Assembly (NCBI GenBank): GCA_964631095.1 | Contig: CAZVZF010000004.1 | Coordinates: 3,840 to 27,839 of the forward strand | Source: an uncultured Eubacteriales bacterium | GTDB lineage: Bacteria > Bacillota_I > Bacilli_A > RFN20 > UBA1709 | Direction: 5' to 3' | DNA: 24,000 nucleotides | Shown: piece after piece, positions 1 through 8,573 of the stretch | How positions within the stretch are numbered: the stretch's first letter is position 1 | Layout: each line of letters starts with the position of its first letter | The notes under the pieces: model-generated | Database searches by the model: none | Seen by the model: the letters and a program-made list of their open reading frames with translations, nothing else | Told to the model about the DNA's origin: nothing | Translations under genes and position numbers: made by a program

Positions 1-267
1 GTTGGTTGGTCCAGCATCTTTTTCATCGGCGGTGGAAATGAAGGTTCGATCTTCGACGCGGGCTACATCGCTGGGATCGCTACGAAAAAGAAATGAATTT
101 GGATGAATATCAGGATTTAATGCTACTGCTTGCCTTCTCATAACTGCGTCCTTCAACAATTGTAAGGATTCATCGTAACTACCATTACACCATTGAATAT
201 GATCGGGTTCACATAATGCAATACATTCATTTACCCAATCTTGAATTCTTCCGTGCAAATCAATCAT
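1..267 (-). CDS. pckG: Phosphoenolpyruvate carboxykinase (GTP), N-terminal 89 codons only; the gene runs off the window start
   Basis: Reverse-complement translation from ATG (complement of 265-267) gives MIDLHGRIQDWVNECIALCEPDHIQWCNGSYDESLQLLKDAV...LNPDIHPNSFLFRSDPSDVARVEDRTFISTADEKDAGPTN. The RSDPSDVARVE and DAGPTN strings are the conserved N-terminal signature of GTP-dependent PEPCK. It is absent from the ORF track because it is truncated. Confidence 0.8.
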   Translation of the reverse strand, partial: MIDLHGRIQDWVNECIALCEPDHIQWCNGSYDESLQLLKDAVMRRQAVALNPDIHPNSFLFRSDPSDVARVEDRTFISTADEKDAGPTN

Positions 268-346
268 GGCTTGGTAAGCCCCCTTTATCGATTTCTAAAG
301 TAAGTGTAACACATAGGCATTATTTTGCAATCCACTCAACCTCTTT

Positions 347-373
347 TTGAATGCGATTCAGAAGTGATATAAT
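347..373 (+). promoter_or_regulatory. Candidate sigma-A type promoter for the dehydrogenase gene: TTGAAT, 15-nt spacer, extended -10 TGATATAAT
   Basis: TTGAAT at 347-352. TG at 365-366 and TATAAT at 368-373. The spacer is short (15 nt) but the extended -10 is perfect. An AGGAAGGAG RBS follows at 398-405 before ATG 413. Confidence 0.5.
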
Positions 374-412
374 AAAAATAAAGAAAAATATTCGAGAGGA
401 AGGAGTATTCGA

Positions 413-1336
413 ATGAAGGTTTATTTTAAGCCATCTCAAATTGGATTAAATTGGGCGCATGAACTAACGAACTGCTTTCCTGGTGTAACCTTTGAAAGTG
501 ATTTATTGCATGCATATGATGCTGATGTCATTATTGCTACGCCAACATTTCTTTCTAAGCAACATTTGGAAGTATTTACTAAGTTACGATGGATTCAGCT
601 AGTTACTGCTGGTTTCGAAGCCGCAGATTTAGATTATGTATTTTCTCGTCATATTATGGTCACTAATGCAAAAGGGGTATATAGCATTCCTTTGGCTGAA
701 GATATAATTGCTAAAATGTTGGCAATAAGCCGACATCTTAGAGAAGATTATGAAAGAATGAATCGCCATTGTTGGCAAGCTGGTCCGATAGTTCGAGAAT
801 TATATGGATCGACTGTTGGATTTTTAGGAACTGGTTCTATTGCTAGTGAAGCCGCTCTTCGTCTTCGCCCTTTTGGAGTACGTCTTCTTGGCTATCGTCG
901 AACGGAAGCTAAGCAACCAGAATTTGATGAGATTTTTGTTGGTGAGGCTGGATTAGAGATTGTTTTGCGTCAAAGTGACTTTGTCATATCTACATTGCCG
1001 CTTAATTTTCGTACGCATCAATTAATGAACTATGAACGCTTTCAGCAGATGAAGCATTCAGCAATCTTTATTAACCATGGTCGTGGTGATGTCGTGGTTC
1101 AAGAAGACCTGATTAGGGCATTAGAAAATCAAATAATTGCTGGGGCTGGGCTTGATGTAACATCACCTGAACCGCTGCCACCCGAATCAAAATTATGGAC
1201 AATGAAAAATGTATTAATTACGCCACATACAGCATCATTAAGTGATGCAATCTACGAGAGACTATATCAACTCATTGCTGGAAATCTAAGTCGTTATATT
1301 AAGAACGAGGAGCTTCATCATATCATTAATCCATAA
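413..1336 (+). CDS. D-isomer-specific 2-hydroxyacid dehydrogenase family protein (NAD(P)-binding)
   Basis: 307 aa. Rossmann motif GFLGTGSIASEAALRL. Family motifs FINHGRGDVV, GAGLDV and ITPHTAS (catalytic His region). Strong RBS. Confidence 0.85.
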   Translation: MKVYFKPSQIGLNWAHELTNCFPGVTFESDLLHAYDADVIIATPTFLSKQHLEVFTKLRWIQLVTAGFEAADLDYVFSRHIMVTNAKGVYSIPLAEDIIAKMLAISRHLREDYERMNRHCWQAGPIVRELYGSTVGFLGTGSIASEAALRLRPFGVRLLGYRRTEAKQPEFDEIFVGEAGLEIVLRQSDFVISTLPLNFRTHQLMNYERFQQMKHSAIFINHGRGDVVVQEDLIRALENQIIAGAGLDVTSPEPLPPESKLWTMKNVLITPHTASLSDAIYERLYQLIAGNLSRYIKNEELHHIINP

Positions 1337-1435
1337 TTGGTATTATTTTACTTATTGATAAGCATCCTTATCGACGTTTCAAACAGTTATTCGGTATAAT
1401 TATTAATAAGGCAATAAGCCTGTGGAGGATCGTAT

Positions 1436-1825
1436 ATGATTCCATTTATTACAGCTTATGGAGTAGCTTTTGTGGTCTTTTTTACAATTGATCTTGTTTG
1501 GCTAGGTAAAATTTCCAAAAAACTTTATCGAAAAGAAATTGGTAGTTTATTGTTAGAGCGTCCGAATTGGGGAGCAGGAATTCTTTTTTACTTCATCTAC
1601 TTAATTGGGATTGTAGTCTTTGCTATTTTACCCGCAAATTCATGGTTTGAATCCCTTGGATATGGAGCATTATTTGGCTTCATTGCTTATGCTACTTATG
1701 ATATGACGAATTTGGCAACCATGAAGAATTGGTCTTCAAAAATTACAGTTATTGATTTGGGATGGGGGTCTTTCATCAGTGGAGTAACTGCAATGCTGTC
1801 TTTCCTAATTCTTTCGATAATCTAA
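1436..1825 (+). CDS. Small integral membrane protein, about 4 TM segments (DUF2177-like)
   Basis: 129 aa with four hydrophobic stretches. GGAGG RBS 7 nt upstream of the ATG. Size and N-terminal pattern (FFTIDLVWLG...) resemble DUF2177. The family call is from memory only. Confidence 0.65.
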   Translation: MIPFITAYGVAFVVFFTIDLVWLGKISKKLYRKEIGSLLLERPNWGAGILFYFIYLIGIVVFAILPANSWFESLGYGALFGFIAYATYDMTNLATMKNWSSKITVIDLGWGSFISGVTAMLSFLILSII

Positions 1826-1852
1826 ATCAAAGCATAAAAAGGGGGAGTATGG

Positions 1853-3634
1853 ATGAGTATAAAGCAATTGGATAATGAACAGCTATACTATTCGATGCTA
1901 GCTGGAGCAAGTGAAGTCATTGCTGCTAAGGACTCTTTAAATGCCATTAATGTTTTTCCAGTTCCTGATGGTGACACAGGTTCTAATCTTGCAGCATTAA
2001 TGACCTCAATTCTAGCGGAAGCAAAAATTGCGCCAACACCTGCCGAGACCTCAAAAGTTGTAGCCCAAGTGGCTTTGCGAGGGGCTCGCGGGAACTCTGG
2101 GATTATTTTTGCACAATATCTTGCCGGATTTTCCATGAGCATAAATGGTAATGGCTCGATATCAATGTCACAGTTTTCAGCAATGGTTAAACAAGCAGCT
2201 CAGGCCGCCAGAAGTGCCATTGCTGAGCCAGTTGAAGGGACAATTATTACTGTTATGAGAGAATGGGCAGAAGCTATTGAATCCCTTTATGGATCATCAG
2301 AGGATTTTTTGGATTTGTTGAATCAAGCTTTTGAACGCGCAAAAACAGCGTTAAGAAATACAACGGGTCGTTTAAAAGAATTGAAGAACGCCAATGTCGT
2401 TGATGCAGGTGCCAAGGGGTTTGTTCATTTTATTGAAGGCTTTGCAAGATTTTTGAAGACAGGGGTTTTTCATCGACCCATTCTTCAAGCAGACGATATC
2501 CATGTTCAAGAAGACCATTTGCAAGCCCCTGAATCGCTACGTTATTGTACGGAAGCCTTATTATCTGGAAAAGGGATCCCCTTGGATGCATTAAGGGAAG
2601 ATTTGAAAGCATTTGGAGAGTCAATTATTCTTGCGGGGAATCATAATATGGTCCGACTCCACTTACATACCGATCGCCCTGCAGATGTTTTTGTTGCTTT
2701 ACGAAAATATGGTGATGTTATACAACAAAAGGTGGATGATATGAAAAAACAATATGAAGCCGCCCATCATAGAAAATATCCTTATGCAATTATAACTGAT
2801 TCCGTAGCAGACCTTCCTTCAGCTTTTTTAGAAGAAAATCAGGTGTATGTAATCCCTATGCAAATACTATTTGCTAATAACACCTTTTATGACAAGTTGA
2901 CCATTGATGCCGAACGTTTTTATCAGTGGATGGATCAAACCGATCATTATCCATCTTCGGCCATGCCGTCCCCAGCCACTGTTGAAAATGCACTTTCTTT
3001 TTTGATCAGTCACTATGAAGGAATTCTTGCAATCACGGTTTCTCGAGCAATGAGTGGCACCTATAATGTTTTTGCTCAAGCGATTGAAAAAATAAAAGAA
3101 ATTAATCAAAAACCTATCTATCTTGTAGATTCTAAGCAGAACTCTGGGGCGCAGGGACTTGTTGTGATTAAGGCCGCTGAAGCACTTGCAAAAGGCGCAA
3201 ATTTGGATGAAGTTCGGGGCATTGCTCAACAAGCTGCAGAAAATGCAAAAATTCTTGTTAGTGTACCAACTCTTCACTATATGGTTCGATCAGGTCGTGT
3301 TAATAAAGTGACAGGATTCATCGGCAAAATAATGAATTTAAAACCTGTTATCTCAATTGATTCTGAGGGAAAAGGAATTATTTTTGAAAAAGCATTTACT
3401 ATCCGGGGGAACACCAAGAAAATCTTTCGTGAAGTGAAAAGAATGGCATCCCAAAGTGGAATTGAGTATTATGCAATCTTGCATGCAAACAATCCCACGC
3501 GTGCGACTGAGTTTGCTGAACGTGCAAAAAGCATCTTAGGTTTTGACCCGCTCTATCTTTCTGATATTTCTTCGGTCGTTGCCTTGAATGCCGGGATTGG
3601 TTCTGTAGCAATAGCGTTGCTTCAAAAAAAATAA
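1853..3634 (+). CDS. Dak2/FakA-like kinase domain fused to a full-length DegV (FakB-type fatty-acid-binding) domain
   Basis: 593 aa. The N-terminal ~300 aa carry DhaL/FakA motifs [49 protein letters not shown] and [10 protein letters not shown]. From aa ~311 (nt ~2783) the sequence is a typical DegV: [64 protein letters not shown]. Confidence 0.85.
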   Translation: MSIKQLDNEQLYYSMLAGASEVIAAKDSLNAINVFPVPDGDTGSNLAALMTSILAEAKIAPTPAETSKVVAQVALRGARGNSGIIFAQYLAGFSMSINGNGSISMSQFSAMVKQAAQAARSAIAEPVEGTIITVMREWAEAIESLYGSSEDFLDLLNQAFERAKTALRNTTGRLKELKNANVVDAGAKGFVHFIEGFARFLKTGVFHRPILQADDIHVQEDHLQAPESLRYCTEALLSGKGIPLDALREDLKAFGESIILAGNHNMVRLHLHTDRPADVFVALRKYGDVIQQKVDDMKKQYEAAHHRKYPYAIITDSVADLPSAFLEENQVYVIPMQILFANNTFYDKLTIDAERFYQWMDQTDHYPSSAMPSPATVENALSFLISHYEGILAITVSRAMSGTYNVFAQAIEKIKEINQKPIYLVDSKQNSGAQGLVVIKAAEALAKGANLDEVRGIAQQAAENAKILVSVPTLHYMVRSGRVNKVTGFIGKIMNLKPVISIDSEGKGIIFEKAFTIRGNTKKIFREVKRMASQSGIEYYAILHANNPTRATEFAERAKSILGFDPLYLSDISSVVALNAGIGSVAIALLQKK

Positions 3635-3645
3635 GGATGGTGTTT

Positions 3646-4455
3646 ATGAACGAATTATTTATCTACTCTGCAATACTCTTAATAGTATTTTTTTCTCTTC
3701 TATTTGTTATCGCCCAAATTATACAAAATAATTCAATTGTTGATTGGTTTTGGGGCATTGGATTTGTTTTGGTGACTTGGTTCAATTTTATTTATGTTTG
3801 GGTACGTTCAGGAATTTTCTATCTAGGGCTCTTTACTCTTGTTATTTTAGTGTCACTGTGGGGACTAAGACTGTTTTTCTATATTGCTCGAAGAAACATG
3901 AAAAAGCCGGAAGATTTTAGATATGTCAATATGAGAAAAAAATGGGGAAATCATTTTCCTCGGCTTAAAGCATTTGGCCAAGTTTTTATGCTCCAAGCTC
4001 TCTTTCTATTTGTCGTAGTGTCTGCTGTAACCTTTGCACATGCTACCCCTTTATCGGAGGTTGGTACAAGAGGGGTTATTGGTGCAGTGATTGGAGCTAT
4101 CATTTGGATAACAGGTTTTATCTTTGAAAGTTTTGGCGATGCACAACTGCGCGCCTTTTTAGCGAAACCGGAAAATCGAGGTCGAATCATGAAAACAGGA
4201 TTATGGAAATACACAAGACATCCTAACTACTTTGGCGAAGCAACAATGTGGTGGGGGATTTTTATTGTTGCTGTTTCAATCAGCGCTCCTCTTACCTGGA
4301 TAGGAATAATTAGTCCTCTTACCATTTCTTACTTGCTCCTTTTTGTTTCGGGGGTTCCCTTATTAGAAAAGCACTATAAAGATAATATTGAATTTCAGGA
4401 ATATGCGAAAGTCACGAGCATTTTTTTCCCGTTACCTCCCAAAAAAATATTGTAA
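3646..4455 (+). CDS. DUF1295 family membrane protein (steroid 5-alpha-reductase / ICMT-like fold)
   Basis: Multi-TM protein with the family signature [22 protein letters not shown]. The ORF track starts at 3637, but ATG 3646 sits 9 nt after the AAGGA RBS (3632-3636), whereas ATG 3637 abuts it. Either start is possible. Confidence 0.8.
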   Translation: MNELFIYSAILLIVFFSLLFVIAQIIQNNSIVDWFWGIGFVLVTWFNFIYVWVRSGIFYLGLFTLVILVSLWGLRLFFYIARRNMKKPEDFRYVNMRKKWGNHFPRLKAFGQVFMLQALFLFVVVSAVTFAHATPLSEVGTRGVIGAVIGAIIWITGFIFESFGDAQLRAFLAKPENRGRIMKTGLWKYTRHPNYFGEATMWWGIFIVAVSISAPLTWIGIISPLTISYLLLFVSGVPLLEKHYKDNIEFQEYAKVTSIFFPLPPKKIL

Positions 4456-4626
4456 TTCTTAATTCTTTTCGTTCGAGTCATCCAATCTTTAGCAATGACA
4501 TTGGCGATTTATACAAATGGCTTGTTTTCAAATATTCAGAGCGTTACAATAAAATAAAGTAAAACAAGCATTCGCGTTAGCTTGTTTTATGTGGATGACC
4601 GATATCATCGGTCCAGGAGGATTTTT

Positions 4627-5238
4627 ATGAAAGCCTTCGCACTTACTAAGACAAAAATCATCACTACGATTGTTGTCGTTTTTTTGCTGATTGTTGGAGT
4701 AACGACAATTGGAACTTACAATTCAATGATTCGAGATGAGGCTTTTGCTGAGGAACAATATACAGGCATCGGTCGAGTTCTGGATCAACGATCGAATACT
4801 TTAACCCTACTTGCCAATGCCATTATAGGGTTACAAACACACGAGGCCGATATCTACAATGCTCTGTTTGATGCGCGTGCCGCTTATGCATCGGCAAGAG
4901 CATCCAATGATGCAGAAGGAATGATGCAAGCAGATGCGGACTTAACTTCTGCTCTTCAGGCCTTATTGCTTGCCGTTGTTGAAGATAATGGAGTTAATTT
5001 GAATTCTGCAGCTGCTTACAACACTTATATGGTTAGTGTCATTTCGTTGGAATATGAACTCAGTGCTGCACGTGTGGATTACAACAGTTCGGTGCGTCAA
5101 TACAACACTAATTTGCGTCTATTCCCGAATCTTATTGTTGCATCTCTTTTCGGTTTTGAGGAAAAGGTTTTATGGGAAAATCCAGATGGATCGGGCGAAA
5201 TTCCAGATATAAATTTTGTTGGAACTGGGGATGAATAG
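4627..5238 (+). CDS. lemA: LemA family protein (N-terminal TM anchor)
   Basis: AGGAGG RBS at 4615-4620 and ATG at 4627; the ORF-track TTG 4582 extension has no RBS. N-terminal TM segment, then LemA pattern YNSM...QRSNTLTLLANAI...HE...ARAAY...VDYNSSVRQYNTNLRLFPNLIVASLFGF. Confidence 0.85.
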   Translation: MKAFALTKTKIITTIVVVFLLIVGVTTIGTYNSMIRDEAFAEEQYTGIGRVLDQRSNTLTLLANAIIGLQTHEADIYNALFDARAAYASARASNDAEGMMQADADLTSALQALLLAVVEDNGVNLNSAAAYNTYMVSVISLEYELSAARVDYNSSVRQYNTNLRLFPNLIVASLFGFEEKVLWENPDGSGEIPDINFVGTGDE

Positions 5239-6034
5239 ACTCATTCGTCGTCTCGTCCGCCTGCTTTTAGCAGTTGTCATTCTTGGTGGAGGTGGATATT
5301 TCCTCTACGATCAAATCTTTCGCCCCGAAGCTGATCTGCGCCCGACCCAAGCGTATTATGTGAATGACTTTGCAGGAGTGCTTGAACCAGCTGTCGAGTC
5401 AACAATTATTCGTGAGGGAGATCGGTTGTATCGGGATACTGCTGAAGAGGAACATGGTGGAGCCCAAGTTGTCTTTATCACCATTTCTTTTGAACTCGAA
5501 TCTGAACTTGCTCAGTATGATAAAGTGGAGTTATTTCGAAAGTGGGAAATTGGCGACAATAACATGGGTCTGTTGGTTTTATTGTTTTTTCAAGAGACTG
5601 ATAGCGGTTTATCGTTCTATGAAATACAAACCGCTACAGGTTATTGGATGTCTGTTTTTTTAACCCCCATTGAAACATCCAACATCATTGATAACACCTT
5701 GTTCGCAACAGATGATTTATCCATGGGAATCATTCATATGTATTATGAATTTTTAAGTGTAATTTATGTAGAAGCTTATGGATATTCCTCATTTAATTAT
5801 GATATGGAAGATTATCAAGAGTATCTTGAAACCTATATTCCAGATGAAGATTTGCTCACAGAACTCTCTTCCACTTGGTTGTGGTACTTATTGTCTCCTT
5901 TTGGTTCTCTTGAAGGGAAGATATTTTCAGGGGGAGCCATGCTTATCCTAATACTCATGTTAGGTGGATTTGCGGTTCGTGTTGGAGGCGGGGGGAGTAC
6001 GGGGGGAGCCGGAGTTTTTCGCCGGCGTCGCTAA
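5231..6034 (+). CDS. TPM (TLP18.3/Psb32/MOLO-1) domain membrane protein, YgcG-like
   Basis: ATG 5231 overlaps the lemA stop (GATGAATAG). N-terminal TM segment, then YVNDFAGVLEP (TPM entry motif), a C-terminal TM segment and the Gly-rich/Arg tail GGGGSTGGAGVFRRRR. A LemA-TPM pairing is a commonly seen gene arrangement. Confidence 0.8.
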   Translation: MNRLIRRLVRLLLAVVILGGGGYFLYDQIFRPEADLRPTQAYYVNDFAGVLEPAVESTIIREGDRLYRDTAEEEHGGAQVVFITISFELESELAQYDKVELFRKWEIGDNNMGLLVLLFFQETDSGLSFYEIQTATGYWMSVFLTPIETSNIIDNTLFATDDLSMGIIHMYYEFLSVIYVEAYGYSSFNYDMEDYQEYLETYIPDEDLLTELSSTWLWYLLSPFGSLEGKIFSGGAMLILILMLGGFAVRVGGGGSTGGAGVFRRRR

Positions 6035-6049
6035 TGAAGGAAGTAGAAC

Positions 6050-6640
6050 ATGGAAAAAGAATCAACAGATCGACTTAGTTTATTTACACTTGCTCAATTA
6101 GGCGAACTTTTTCCTATTCACTTACAACGTTATTCTCGCCATTGGCCACGCCGTTATTGGGCGGAGCAAAAAAGAATTACCAAAGTCATGGGGAGGGCTA
6201 TTGTGCGTATCTCGCATTATGGAAGCACTTCAGTTCCTGGGTTAACCGCCAAACCAACCATTGATATCTTGCTTGAAGTGAAACATGACACTGACATCAG
6301 TTGGTTGGATGAGCAATGTGCTCATTTAGGGTATTTGAGTTCTTATCAGCCACATAATCCAGCTCCTCATCGCATGTATATGAAAGGATATACCGCTCAA
6401 GGCTATCAAGGTCAAGCGTATCACCTGCACGTTCGATATCCTGGAGATTGGGACGAACTATACTTCCGTGATTATCTCATCGACTATCCTGATGTTGCAA
6501 AAGAATATTCAATTCTAAAACTGAAACTTTCTGAATGCTTTCGAACCAATCGAGAGGCATACACAGAGGCGAAGACACAATTTATTCGTGTACATACTTT
6601 GCTTGCTCGTCAGAAATATGGGAATCGTTATGCAACATAG
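6050..6640 (+). CDS. GrpB family protein (nucleotidyltransferase-fold, function unknown)
   Basis: 196 aa. GrpB signature ISHYGSTSVPGLTAKPTIDILLEV plus YHLHV and FRDYL motifs. AAGGAAG RBS. Confidence 0.85.
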   Translation: MEKESTDRLSLFTLAQLGELFPIHLQRYSRHWPRRYWAEQKRITKVMGRAIVRISHYGSTSVPGLTAKPTIDILLEVKHDTDISWLDEQCAHLGYLSSYQPHNPAPHRMYMKGYTAQGYQGQAYHLHVRYPGDWDELYFRDYLIDYPDVAKEYSILKLKLSECFRTNREAYTEAKTQFIRVHTLLARQKYGNRYAT

Positions 6641-6653
6641 GCTTTTTTTATGC

Positions 6654-6680
6654 TTGAATATGTGACATAATAAGTACAAT
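6654..6680 (+). promoter_or_regulatory. Candidate promoter (TTGAAT, 15 nt, TACAAT) with an embedded 11-bp palindrome TATGTGACATA (6659-6669); possible TetR auto-operator
   Basis: The hexamers and the palindrome were read directly from the sequence. The palindrome lies in the spacer immediately upstream of the TetR-family gene. Confidence 0.4.
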
Positions 6681-6697
6681 CGAATGAGAGGAGCCGG

Positions 6698-7267
6698 ATG
6701 CCAATGGCCGAACCCCTTGCGACCAAACAGGTTCTTGCGGATGCGTTGAAAGAACTCCTCACAACGCATACTTTTTCAAAAATCAAAGTTAATGATATTG
6801 TGGAGTATTGCGGTATCAACCGGCAAACTTTTTATTATCATTTTGATGATAAGTATGATCTTGTGAATTGGATATTTTTCACTGAAATATTTGCCAATCT
6901 TCAACAAGAGTACTCTTCAATAGAATGGGATACCATTCTTGAACTATGTGAGTATTTCTATCAAAATTTAGCCTTTTATCGCAAGGTGTTGCTTGAAGAT
7001 GGGCTGAATTCTTTTACAGCTTATTTTGGGACATTATTAAGACCTCTGTTTCGAGCACAAGTAATGTTTTCCAGCATAGAGATTCCTGATGCATCGTTTT
7101 ACGCTATTTTCTTTTCGGATGCCATTCTTGCTTCCATTCGTCGATGGATTCTTGAAGGAGCAAAAACCCCTCCTCAAGATTTTGTTTTGCAGATGGAGCG
7201 GGCATGTCGTGATTTTGCTTTGGTTGTTCTCGAAAAAGACCGCGAGGAATCATTAGGGGGGAAATAA
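6698..7267 (+). CDS. TetR/AcrR family transcriptional regulator (DhaS-like subgroup)
   Basis: 189 aa. N-terminal HTH FSKIKVNDIVEYCGINRQTFYYHFDDKYDLVNWIF is typical of the TetR subgroup often annotated as dihydroxyacetone kinase regulator. An alternative start at ATG 6704 has better RBS spacing. Confidence 0.85.
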   Translation: MPMAEPLATKQVLADALKELLTTHTFSKIKVNDIVEYCGINRQTFYYHFDDKYDLVNWIFFTEIFANLQQEYSSIEWDTILELCEYFYQNLAFYRKVLLEDGLNSFTAYFGTLLRPLFRAQVMFSSIEIPDASFYAIFFSDAILASIRRWILEGAKTPPQDFVLQMERACRDFALVVLEKDREESLGGK

Positions 7268-8547
7268 TGCGAATTGGCTATGCTTGTTTGACCATTGGAG
7301 TTCAGGATGCCAAGTTGCAACATGCTCTTTTGCGTACCATCAATGAAGAAAAGTTCTATCAGATTATTAATCATAATTTAGACGTGTTAGAAAAAGTTTT
7401 ACATTACAACCGTGCTAATGGAATATATATGTTTCGCATGAGTTCGGATCTAATCCCTTTTGGGTCTTCTTATGCACGACAATTTCCATGGCGAGAACGT
7501 TTTTCTAGCCGTCTTCAATCAATTGGAGAATACATTATTCATGAGGGCATTCGAGTGTCTATGCATCCTGGGCAATATACAGTTTTAAATTCTCCTAGGT
7601 CAGAAGTTGTCCAAGCTTCGATTTTCGATTTGGATTATCATGCCGAATTCATGGATGCTTTAGGAGTTGACTCGACTCATAAAATTATCTTGCACATTGG
7701 AGGAGTGTACGGTGATCGATGGGCTGCCATGGAACGATTTGGAGCAACCTATCAAACTCTTTCCGAAAGCGTTAAAGCACGATTAGTAATAGAAAATGAT
7801 GATGTAAATTATCCTTTTGACGATGTCTATCAACTCGCAGTTCAATGGAATATTCCTATGGTATTTGATAATTTGCATCATTTCGTATTACCCTCTCCTT
7901 CGGGAATCAAAGATATGGAAGCGATTGATCAAGCACGTCAAACATGGAAACAACGAGATGGTGTTCAAAAAATCCATTACTCTCAACAACATGAAAAAAA
8001 GTCCTTAGGCGCTCATTCGGATACCATCGTTTTACAACCTTTGTTGAATTTTTTGAGTCGTATTCAACGAGCCGACCTTGATGTGATGTTAGAAGTGAAA
8101 GATAAGAATTTGTCTGCTGTCAAAGCTAATCTAGCCGTTCGTTCGGAGACTCGTATGCGCGATTTAGAACAGGAGTGGGCTCGTTATAAATACGCAGTAT
8201 TAGAACACGATCCCGCACGTTATGAAGCCATCCGCATATTGTTGCAAGATAAAGACATCGTTCCAGTGATTGAGTTTTATGAATTGGTTGATGCTGCAAT
8301 CAGTAAACCCATTCAAACGGGAAGAGCAGAGAATGCATTGTTGCATGTCTTTGGACACCTATCCAATAAAATGAATGATAAAGAGCAATTACAATTCAAT
8401 AAATTAATCGATTCCTATCGAAAGGGCACTCGCAGTTTAAATGCGTGCAAAAATTTCCTATGGAAATTTGTTGTAAATCAAAATGATTTGTACCTACTAC
8501 AATCGCTTTATTTCTGGGCATTAAGACCAACATCAGATTTGGATTAA
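7267..8547 (+). CDS. uvsE: UV damage endonuclease UvdE/UvsE with a C-terminal DUF1722 (YbgA-like) domain
   Basis: 426 aa. The N-terminal ~290 aa match UvdE: MRIGYACL, MFRMSSDLIPF, MHPGQYTVLNSP, ILHIGG, LVIENDD, FDNLHH, IHYSQQ, MLEVKDK. Residues ~298-417 resemble E. coli YbgA/DUF1722: ARYKYAVLEHDPARYEAIRILL, ALLHVFGHLSNKMNDKEQLQFNKLIDSYRKG, LYLLQSLYF. The start ATG shares its A with the TetR stop (ATAATG). Confidence 0.85.
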   Translation: MRIGYACLTIGVQDAKLQHALLRTINEEKFYQIINHNLDVLEKVLHYNRANGIYMFRMSSDLIPFGSSYARQFPWRERFSSRLQSIGEYIIHEGIRVSMHPGQYTVLNSPRSEVVQASIFDLDYHAEFMDALGVDSTHKIILHIGGVYGDRWAAMERFGATYQTLSESVKARLVIENDDVNYPFDDVYQLAVQWNIPMVFDNLHHFVLPSPSGIKDMEAIDQARQTWKQRDGVQKIHYSQQHEKKSLGAHSDTIVLQPLLNFLSRIQRADLDVMLEVKDKNLSAVKANLAVRSETRMRDLEQEWARYKYAVLEHDPARYEAIRILLQDKDIVPVIEFYELVDAAISKPIQTGRAENALLHVFGHLSNKMNDKEQLQFNKLIDSYRKGTRSLNACKNFLWKFVVNQNDLYLLQSLYFWALRPTSDLD

Positions 8548-8566
8548 TTCCTATTAGTGATATAAT
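8539..8566 (+). promoter_or_regulatory. Candidate promoter: TTGGAT, 16 nt, extended -10 TGATATAAT
   Basis: TTGGAT at 8539-8544. TG at 8558-8559 and TATAAT at 8561-8566. This is the only good promoter between uvdE and mrp, and it predicts a transcription start near 8573-8575. Confidence 0.55.
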
Positions 8567-8573
8567 TTGACGT

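Noticed and set aside
1355-1374. Hairpin TTGATAAG-CATC-CTTATCGA after the 2-hydroxyacid dehydrogenase as a terminator
   Set aside because: The stem is AT-rich and has no following T-run (CGTTTC). It is too weak to call a Rho-independent terminator; read-through into the next gene or Rho-dependent termination cannot be distinguished.
2867-3277. 136-aa minus-strand ORF, and the other antisense or alternate-frame ORFs in the track (for example 1888-2142, 2430-2624, 3951-4214, 5364-5663, 8785-9126, 10530-10856, 11615-11877, 12668-12911, 14802-15053, 15752-15985, 19359-19577, 20524-20751, 23335-23517)
   Set aside because: All lie entirely within, and antisense to or out of frame with, CDS that have strong family signatures. 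They lack RBSs and have unnatural compositions (Cys/Phe/Ile/Asn/Lys-rich). They are shadow ORFs.
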